Part shown: positions 57,101 to 64,000 of the stretch, piece by piece
How the letters are laid out: each line of letters opens with the position of its first letter
How positions within the stretch are numbered: the stretch's first letter is position 1
Virus record (IMG/VR): IMGVR_UViG_3300017917_003053
Location: 32,001-96,000 of that record
Length of the DNA stretch: 64,000 nucleotides
From: a virus
Reading direction: 5' to 3' (one strand)
The notes under the pieces: model-generated
Database searches by the model: none
What the model was told of the DNA's origin: nothing
What the model saw: only the letters and a program-made list of their open reading frames with translations
Program-made: the position numbers and the translations under genes

Positions 57101-60100
57101 TGACCCAATGCTGGAGGAATAGGTTCGTGTTGATAGTAGGAGATTCTGGATCTATCAGAGACTTCAACATTATCTACTAGTACTGTGTATTCTTTGATAT
57201 AAAATGTTTTGGCGCTTGCTGTTACGTCAATCACAACGTCAATAGGTATACAAAAATCAGAATTTCCTTCTGCTATTAATTCTCCATATATTGGTAAAGC
57301 ATCATTTTTAGTATATGTAATAACAATCTCGTCATCATCATTAACGTCTTCAGCTTTTCCTCTAAAAATTTGTTTATTATTATATTTAAATATCAGAGAT
57401 CCGGAATTTCTTGCTTGGGTATTAAGCTTAACTTTAATAGTTAATGGTCCTGTGATTGATCCAAGATAGATCCATTCTTTATTATTATTTACCGTACCTT
57501 TTGCTATTATACTGTCTCCTGACAAATACATATTATCAGTTATTTCAAGTTTTTTATCATAGTTTAATAGTTGAAATTTACGTCTTTCATTATCTGTCAA
57601 TGAATCGAATAGTCTCACAGTGGGAAAGAAATATGTTTGTTTGTTTTTATCATAATCATTGACAAAACTGATAGGACATCCCCAAGTAAAAGATGTGTTT
57701 TTACTGACACTAGTACGTAGAATTGAGTTATTATACCACACATCATTAATTGGTTGTCCATACCAACTTTGTTTTAAAAATAAATCTTGACGATATAAAT
57801 CAACATCATTATATTTTTGTGCCATCTGAGCAGCATATCCATAGGACATATTCCCCCATTTGCCTATGGTTAATTTATTATCTAGTTCTGTTGCATTAGG
57901 CCGATAAATAACAATTGATTGATTATATTGACTACTATCTAAGGTCTTATATAGATATCCTCTTTGATAGTATCTTTCATCTGGAATTTTATTAATACGA
58001 AATTTGTTAGTATCTAATATTTCAACAACAGTAACTTGTTCTTTTTTATTAAAATCTATAGAAGATACAAGAGTAAGTTTTTCTTCTCTAATAAATGGAT
58101 CATCAATATAGTTAAGCATTCGATTTTGATTACTGCTAGAACTATTAATTTGAAGAATATCTGTGCCAGACTCTCTAACAAAACTAAAATCATTGTAAGC
58201 ATAACCATATGCGTAATCCATATTAATGTACTCAAAAGGCACATTTTCTAAAATCATAGATTCTATAGGATTATATTTAGTCTTTTTAAAACTGTTATTA
58301 ACGTAATATGAATTGCCTTCAGTTTTAATTCCCAGATATGTGCTATTGTCTATTTTATTTTTTTGTTGCTCTGTCATTCCACTAGTACTATACATAAAGT
58401 TATATCCTGGGAGATATTGTTCTTTATACATAGCTTTAGCGTTGTAAAAATAATTATTAATACTTTCTGCTAATTCAATAGTGACCAATACTTCTGTTCC
58501 TATACAACTATCAAATATTTTTTGTCCTTTATCATCAATGATCTGTGTCCATGCAATACCTCCGTGACATCCTCCTTCTTCATATGCACATTGAATGAAG
58601 ATATCCATAGTTTTACCAGATTTATTGCGAACTTTCTTTGGTAATGTTAGTACAGAAGTTCTATCTCCTCCTGGTACAGTTCCGGGGTCGTCTGGGCCTC
58701 CTCCGTTGTTTAAATTGGCCACTCCTATAAAAACATCATTAACAAATACATTAAATTTGGCTCTATCACATCCGTGTCCACCTGGGCATGGACCATCTGT
58801 ATTACTATATCTGATATACAAAGAATATGATCCTCCACCAGCATAAGATGGAGATGGTATAGATAATCCATTATGAATAGGAACAATAGGAGATAAATTA
58901 TGATATTTAGCATCATATGTCCATCCTGAGTTTGGATGAAAAAATCCTTTTAATCCAGATACCTCAAGTCCTGTTAAAATTGACTTTTTAGGATATTTCT
59001 GTTGAACGCCAGATACCTCTATCGCCCATTGTGTTCCCTGGCCCGTTGGAGGCACTTTTATTTCTATAGATACTTGTGTTGGTGATTGATTTTTTTTAGT
59101 TAAACACAATGCACCCGCTGTACTTGTAAAATAAGGATCTTCATTTTCTATAGAATCATTTTGCCAAGATAATTTAAAATGAGCACTTGTAGACTCATAA
59201 CTCATAAATAGTTCAGCAGGATAATCGAAGTTTAGACTGATATTTTTATCTCCACATCCTTCTATTTTATATGAACAATTTTGACCTATAGGAAATATGG
59301 GACTATGAGTTTTTGGTAATCTTGTTCCGGGATTGGGATGTCCAGAAGGTAAAATTAGACCATAGCTATTAACTTGTTGTTGAGTGAGTCCGCCATAGAA
59401 TTGTCCAGACGGCATATAGAATGTCGATGTGGATGGAACATACAATAATCCTGATTCATTAGAAAGAACTGCTTTCCCGCTAGCATTAGGGTGTAGATCC
59501 ATTAAAGAAAAACATTTACAGGTCGGACTACTCTCCGAAATAAATGGAGGACACGATGGTTTGGATTCTGATCTAAGATACGAGATAAAGATACCGCTGC
59601 TAAATTGCACTTGCGAATTATTATGTGTTTTTATTTTGATAAAGATATTACTAGGATCACCATCCATAGTTTCCGGAGACTCATCCTTTTGTATAAAGTA
59701 TGGTCCGATGAAAGTTTCTTCATTAATAGCTGAAGAACATGATACATCTCTTTGTAAAGATGTGACGAAATCAACACCTCCCAAACCATGTAGTTTGATA
59801 GTGTCAAAATCTGGTTTAAAAACACCACTATTTTTTTCTGATAAATTATATCCTATAATTTGATTGCCATATTTGACATAGTTTATATTATACTGGATTT
59901 CTGTTGGGTCATCACCTTCTTCTTCTGGAGGTTGTTCAACAGAAAAAATTTCATTAGATCGTACTGCCTCTAATTTTGTTTCATTGTTTAAATAAACAGC
60001 AATATCATAACCTGTAGATTGTTTTTTATCAGCTAAAAATAGATCCGTCTCCATCTTTATTTGGATATTTGGTCCGGTGGTACTTTGAAAATTTGACTTT

Positions 60101-60933
60101 AAAGTAGCTTCGGATCCTTCTGGAACAGTAACTTTAATATTGTATTTAGAGCTTAATTTATTAAGTAAATCTTTTTTAGTAGTAATATAATTACCTTGGC
60201 CTATGTCAGAATATGTTTTGTCTGACATTCCAGATAATTGAGGATATAATAAGCCTAATGGTGTCCTTTCATATATTAGACCATTAGATGGACCGGATAA
60301 TGTTTCGGTGATTCTATCTATTTGTGGACCAGTTGCTAAAATACCAGCATTGATACTAGCTTGTGTTGTATTATATCCTGCACTCAATAAAGATGATTTG
60401 ATTGCTAGAAATGTACCGCTTAGATTAGGAGTAATCATTGGCTGATCATTAGCAATAGCCATATCTCCATCAGAAACATATAAATCAATACCTGGAAATA
60501 ATCTCAGTTCTTTTTCTGGTAAACGACCCATATCGTAGTATCTGTACCAAAATAATACTCCGCTAGTATAGGTTTTGCAGCCATAGTATTTTGTTAAGTC
60601 TATTGGCCAGTCTAAAGCTAATTGTAACTTACCTGTGGTTGTCCAATTTTTAAATTTGGGATTGTCTATTAAAACAAAATTTTTAATTCCTAATCCGTTA
60701 GGAGTAGATGATGTGCATGGATTATTATTGTTGGTATCAACTTTAGTCCATGTTTTTCCGTTAGCGTTATTAATAAATTTATTGAATAATACCGGTTGCC
60801 AAATTCCACTAAATTTAGCATTAAAAGCAGGAATCAGATTCTTTAGATCATAATTTAACGTTGTATTATTATCAAACGCAGTAGATAATTCGTTAATAAA
60901 TGTTGTGTCTTTGACCCTGCAATCGCAATCCAT
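54178..60933 (-). CDS. giant (about 2250 aa) modular protein with Cys-rich C-terminal third, putative virion fibre
   Basis: Uninterrupted ORF; GGAGG RBS before ATG 60933; beta-sandwich-like modules. Confidence 0.8.
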   Translation of the reverse strand: MDCDCRVKDTTFINELSTAFDNNTTLNYDLKNLIPAFNAKFSGIWQPVLFNKFINNANGKTWTKVDTNNNNPCTSSTPNGLGIKNFVLIDNPKFKNWTTTGKLQLALDWPIDLTKYYGCKTYTSGVLFWYRYYDMGRLPEKELRLFPGIDLYVSDGDMAIANDQPMITPNLSGTFLAIKSSLLSAGYNTTQASINAGILATGPQIDRITETLSGPSNGLIYERTPLGLLYPQLSGMSDKTYSDIGQGNYITTKKDLLNKLSSKYNIKVTVPEGSEATLKSNFQSTTGPNIQIKMETDLFLADKKQSTGYDIAVYLNNETKLEAVRSNEIFSVEQPPEEEGDDPTEIQYNINYVKYGNQIIGYNLSEKNSGVFKPDFDTIKLHGLGGVDFVTSLQRDVSCSSAINEETFIGPYFIQKDESPETMDGDPSNIFIKIKTHNNSQVQFSSGIFISYLRSESKPSCPPFISESSPTCKCFSLMDLHPNASGKAVLSNESGLLYVPSTSTFYMPSGQFYGGLTQQQVNSYGLILPSGHPNPGTRLPKTHSPIFPIGQNCSYKIEGCGDKNISLNFDYPAELFMSYESTSAHFKLSWQNDSIENEDPYFTSTAGALCLTKKNQSPTQVSIEIKVPPTGQGTQWAIEVSGVQQKYPKKSILTGLEVSGLKGFFHPNSGWTYDAKYHNLSPIVPIHNGLSIPSPSYAGGGSYSLYIRYSNTDGPCPGGHGCDRAKFNVFVNDVFIGVANLNNGGGPDDPGTVPGGDRTSVLTLPKKVRNKSGKTMDIFIQCAYEEGGCHGGIAWTQIIDDKGQKIFDSCIGTEVLVTIELAESINNYFYNAKAMYKEQYLPGYNFMYSTSGMTEQQKNKIDNSTYLGIKTEGNSYYVNNSFKKTKYNPIESMILENVPFEYINMDYAYGYAYNDFSFVRESGTDILQINSSSSNQNRMLNYIDDPFIREEKLTLVSSIDFNKKEQVTVVEILDTNKFRINKIPDERYYQRGYLYKTLDSSQYNQSIVIYRPNATELDNKLTIGKWGNMSYGYAAQMAQKYNDVDLYRQDLFLKQSWYGQPINDVWYNNSILRTSVSKNTSFTWGCPISFVNDYDKNKQTYFFPTVRLFDSLTDNERRKFQLLNYDKKLEITDNMYLSGDSIIAKGTVNNNKEWIYLGSITGPLTIKVKLNTQARNSGSLIFKYNNKQIFRGKAEDVNDDDEIVITYTKNDALPIYGELIAEGNSDFCIPIDVVIDVTASAKTFYIKEYTVLVDNVEVSDRSRISYYQHEPIPPALGQKLTSAVNNPNDKLYLEQSHIRSLNKDFNPFIDLNIFEEDNSKKPIISNSGTIYFEDFFQPKSFDYLYNKMPIPYNDNLYWIDIKENDSWSLLTSKNILLTTNTKYKIPKKIEYSCQGDSSTCSDRYPTNICEESYEITKADIYDILGLVGKDQQLLNITETSFPSQCNAINYCCKTEEECNSEDCDSYEKQADIDACLDRREACLSDREACLEKQEDKIKECRDFWFKDSKKDISCTDICPTGNITGTIQFQSLEYYIIELKKDIKPDLKTPKQVTFTFLPQSDSIDIPCTDLSFPNIGETFLYNYSCADATKECATIIPEDYSAGSQYIPGILVDLSAFKENVNAAQLNVLPSSVIMENESRYRDSVNHPNVISKPFYEYDPDSKSKYIISHSFDIKSKKCVGEGKLFTLSVDDLKCDFNLLDTASGLVIQSTCFNDIVVDPKTESSMTVYKTICEGKFDCDSSTLNPCVEGTDCQPYGCEEWSCEEAAEYLKSINANYELIKCEEITLPEDYYLSCRQCGDVNCNASISYSDPLPRECHCPPGTNLVGEPGFETCEYTYDILTIFPGNGQDYSDYEPDACDPITKTVKSFATPSCFGEIVGPTKEAMEAYEKACPKGTESVSRSSYQQVIYIDENGSNKAAHNLDLKAQEEDYRICCEYSKITKTYNDCFQSCSDQYKDCNNDSCSKAANACYCSCTSNFYNSINALALSRTVYYNCYGFCNTSDALSFGYGGYWCGFGWGGYCGEDSCIVSSTSAGGGCSPGQCCPDTGCDYNACADLEKRVKLQHWSTEYECKTNEDGWTSLNIKDGYSKCEKISAQLLETVKSSYKVLTRDVKSYFKQKLTLLSQKDKIASVSTVKVFNKEFKLTFKNHDDTNCSECADNEICCENKCIPEDEECCENKTDINLNIKFEIYDNVIIGILNNDEYNKIYHIRSSSFNCPKIDFKSEQEVYMCNNVTSECINCFAGAKDV

Positions 60934-60934
60934 C

Positions 60935-63900
60935 CTATCCTCCACAAGAATTTGTACTTGTTAAAATCCATTCGTTTTTCATAAATGTAAAAATACCAGG
61001 TTGATTATTAGTAGATATATCATAATTTAAATAGTTATTAAATTGTATAATAATTTGTTCTGGAGTTTCAGGTTGTCCTGTCACAGCATCAAAACCTTTC
61101 GCATAAGCATTGGATATTGTAGCTGTACCATCGCTATTTATTGTTCCTAAAGCCACAATATTTTGTTTGGATACTGGTTCATAAAATCCAGAAGCCTCAT
61201 CATAGTAACATGTAAGTTTAGCTCCTCTAGGAGCGCCATAGTTTTCGGTACTATCTCTTACGAAAACCATTCTACGTAAATTATTAGCTAATGGTGATTT
61301 CTTATCTGCACTATTTAAAAATGCTCTGGCAGGAAATGGTGGTACAAGATCGTCTTCTAATTGAATATCTACTAATCCATAAGGCTGAGGAGTGGTCCAA
61401 ACTTTTCTTGATGCATCCCATCTTAAATCAATAGGGCCAACCGGCCACATATCTGGTCTTAATCCCCAACCCTTATAAAAATTGTTTTCTTTAACGGGTT
61501 CTGTCCACTGACCTTTTGCAGCGTCCCATGTTTGATTTTTCCCTAAAATTGTACCTTGATAATTTTCATAACCTCCTGTTTGATCTTTTAAATCCTTAAT
61601 ACGTAATGGATATCCATTATCATTTAGAGATTTAGGTTCTCCTGACGCATTTGGTACTGGGAAACCATCAGTATCAAATCCCCATCCGGCCATTACCAAT
61701 GGACCACGAAGCGCTAAAAACCTATGATTATTTTGGAAATACTCTACCTTTTTATTTCCCATAGTTACTGTTGATTGACTTGTTCCAACTCTGCCTGTTG
61801 CAAGGTCAAAGGCTACGGAGTTCCAGTCTCCGTCACATAAAGAATTATTTTGATCTAAATACTCAAATCCATTCTGGTCTGAATTTAGATTACCATTAAT
61901 TGATAATGAGCCTAATGGAGGCACAACGCTTCGTCCAACAATGTCTATATGGTGAGCAGTATAGTCTGAGTCTTGAGCATATTTATTACGCAATTCTCCA
62001 ACTGGCATAATGATAGGATTTAAATTGACATAATCTATTTTCTTACCTTTAGTAGTAGAGAATAATAATTGTTTTAATTTATTAGGATCTTTAATAATAG
62101 TATTATCTGCTTTATCAGATAAAATATATGGAGGTAGTCTTCCATTAGAAGCCAAAGAGGTATCTGATTCTTGTCCCGCCACTATATCTGAGCAATAATC
62201 ACAATATAATGTCTTATCAAACCATGTATATTGTTTTGTTCCTCTACAAATTGGACAACCAGAAATTTTACCATCATTAGTGGTAACATATGGTTTATAA
62301 GGAGTAGTTGAACTAAGCATTGTCGGATAGAAAGATACCGGATGTAGCAATCCATCCAAACTCATAAACGCTTTGGTGCTATACAACTCATCAAATTCTT
62401 GCACAATTTCTCTGGCTTCTTGTATACCAACCGTTGTCATTTGTTTTATAGAATTACCTGACCATTGTGCATTATTATTGTTTGGAGTGGGGAAGAAAGA
62501 CATTCTCCCATTAGGTTCCATTTTTCTACTATAAAATGGTGCAGAATATCCCACCAGTACATTTGCTGGACTATAACTTCTTAAGATTGAGTCCGATGCT
62601 GTGCTCCATGAACCATTTACTCTTGTTCCGGTAGCCAAACCATTTAATATTTCTGATATCTTATTAAATGATTCTCTAAATTCTTTGTTCAATTTTAGAG
62701 TTGCTTCTGAAGCTTGTTTTATTCTGTCTGCATTCTCTTTATTGAAGAGTGTAAACTTTTTAGTGAATGTTCTAAAAGTATATGTTGTACTTGCTCCTCC
62801 ATCACTAATTTGACATTGTATATTACTAACTGTTGGACCTCTAAAAACAACTCCGGCTGCTTTTAATTCGGATCCCAAATTAATAAATGGCACACCTTTG
62901 ATAGTTAAATTGCCGGTCTCTAACTTTTGTTGATAATTGTTATCTTGTCCAACTGTTAATAAAGCTATTTCATCAAGAACTCTCATTCCTCCATATTTCC
63001 ATGGAACAAAATCTGAATTAATTTCTAGTTTTACTCCTCCAATTAATGTTTCAATTTTTTTATTTTTTATAGTATCATTATCGAAAGGGAAAATAACATT
63101 CTTTAATAGATCAGGAGCACTAACCCAAGGGCCATATACTGATGTGTTATCAATAATGGGAATACCAGCAAAAAACGGAATTGCCGCCTTTGGAGCTACA
63201 CTTAAATTATTGAATTGTTTATTAGCTTTATTCTGACTCACAGCATTGTCTGCATTAGCACTGGAAAATTCTTGTGCTGTTGGCCTTCTAAACATAGAAT
63301 TAGCTAAAGCATTAATAGCTACATCTGATCCTGTATCATTGTATTCATTAATAAAATAGTCTGCAATAGCAGCTTGTACTGATAAAGACTCAGGATTAAT
63401 AGGATTAATAAGTACTGGTTGATTAACAGAAATAATAATTTTAGGATATAATTGTCCATTATATAAATATGTTTCAAATTCTTTTTGTACAGATGACTTG
63501 ATATAGACTTTGGAGACTCCTCCTTGGCTTATTGGCACTTGAGTTCCGAATGGATCTGTCAAAGATTTATTAGGTTGTGGTATTACTACACTCTCTCCGT
63601 CTTTTAATTGAAGTGCTGGTTCCCAAAATCCTAAAGATATAGAATCATCTCCGGATAAACTCACTACTCTAGGATTGGCACCATATGTTGCTCCAAACTT
63701 TCTAGATATATCCCATTTCCACATATGAATAGCTTGCATATTAGCATATGTTTCTAGAGACATATCATAAAGTTTTTTATATAACTCTTTACTATAATTA
63801 TATTGGACTGTATTATTAAATCCTAAAATAGGTTCTATAGATCCATCTTCTTTTAAGAGAGGATCCAGATTGGAATTACCAACTCGTAAACTATCATCAA

Positions 63901-64000
63901 TCCAATTACCCGGTTCTTCCCATGCAAATTCTGTTGGTTCAAAAGAGTAATATAACTTTTGAGATCCTGATCGCAAATAGATGGGTTGGCCAGCGTCATT
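60935..64000 (-). CDS. large putative virion structural protein (tail hub/baseplate-like), 5' end outside the window
   Basis: Frame has no stop up to base 64000; PWKYGG, GPLVMAGWGFD, PVGPIDLRWD motifs; structural role inferred from context. Confidence 0.7.
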   Translation of the reverse strand, partial: NDAGQPIYLRSGSQKLYYSFEPTEFAWEEPGNWIDDSLRVGNSNLDPLLKEDGSIEPILGFNNTVQYNYSKELYKKLYDMSLETYANMQAIHMWKWDISRKFGATYGANPRVVSLSGDDSISLGFWEPALQLKDGESVVIPQPNKSLTDPFGTQVPISQGGVSKVYIKSSVQKEFETYLYNGQLYPKIIISVNQPVLINPINPESLSVQAAIADYFINEYNDTGSDVAINALANSMFRRPTAQEFSSANADNAVSQNKANKQFNNLSVAPKAAIPFFAGIPIIDNTSVYGPWVSAPDLLKNVIFPFDNDTIKNKKIETLIGGVKLEINSDFVPWKYGGMRVLDEIALLTVGQDNNYQQKLETGNLTIKGVPFINLGSELKAAGVVFRGPTVSNIQCQISDGGASTTYTFRTFTKKFTLFNKENADRIKQASEATLKLNKEFRESFNKISEILNGLATGTRVNGSWSTASDSILRSYSPANVLVGYSAPFYSRKMEPNGRMSFFPTPNNNNAQWSGNSIKQMTTVGIQEAREIVQEFDELYSTKAFMSLDGLLHPVSFYPTMLSSTTPYKPYVTTNDGKISGCPICRGTKQYTWFDKTLYCDYCSDIVAGQESDTSLASNGRLPPYILSDKADNTIIKDPNKLKQLLFSTTKGKKIDYVNLNPIIMPVGELRNKYAQDSDYTAHHIDIVGRSVVPPLGSLSINGNLNSDQNGFEYLDQNNSLCDGDWNSVAFDLATGRVGTSQSTVTMGNKKVEYFQNNHRFLALRGPLVMAGWGFDTDGFPVPNASGEPKSLNDNGYPLRIKDLKDQTGGYENYQGTILGKNQTWDAAKGQWTEPVKENNFYKGWGLRPDMWPVGPIDLRWDASRKVWTTPQPYGLVDIQLEDDLVPPFPARAFLNSADKKSPLANNLRRMVFVRDSTENYGAPRGAKLTCYYDEASGFYEPVSKQNIVALGTINSDGTATISNAYAKGFDAVTGQPETPEQIIIQFNNYLNYDISTNNQPGIFTFMKNEWILTSTNSCGG

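Noticed and set aside
52488-60933. Diversity-generating retroelement target
   Set aside because: No reverse transcriptase in the window and no TR/VR pair seen; the only match noticed was 12 bp (CCAGTTATTCCA). A remote DGR cannot be excluded
1-64000. Short opposite-strand or nested ORFs from the track (e.g. 824-1123, 26519-26965, 59429-59863)
   Set aside because: Shadows of longer genes with recognisable motifs; no RBS or family signal
1-64000. Stop-codon reassignment; prophage
   Set aside because: Standard code gives near-complete coding density with TAA, TAG and TGA all used as stops; no integrase, att site or host flank seen

Overview
AT-rich, gene-dense, standard-code segment of what looks like a large lytic dsDNA tailed phage genome. 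No host housekeeping genes, integrase, rRNA or CRISPR were seen. Positions 1-51960 are almost all on the + strand. In order they encode: the rIIB C-terminus, a RepB-like primase, RuvB, a membrane-anchor plus actin-family (volactin-like) gene pair, a secreted trypsin, macro/NDT/SET proteins, a glycan cassette, GuaC, small putative head-packaged proteins, a sigma factor, ClpP, an apparently inactive DeoC, a membrane-protein/papain-protease (lysis-like) cluster, nucleotide metabolism genes (dCMP deaminase, NrdJ, PhoH, dNMP kinase), a bacterial-type replisome (RecA, DnaB, DnaG, SSB, and a DnaE split into two genes around a DnaQ-like exonuclease) and a second, partly degenerate glycosyltransferase cluster. 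From 51912 to the window end a - strand operon encodes very large, cysteine-rich, probably virion (tail) proteins. The strongest leads are the volactin-like actin with its membrane partner, the intein-less split DnaE, the papain-centred lysis-like cassette, a set of proteins with a shared N-terminal/Ala-linker signature, a GTGTA putative late-promoter motif and a 57-nt tRNA-like RNA. All family calls come from motif recognition by eye and from memory; no searches were run.
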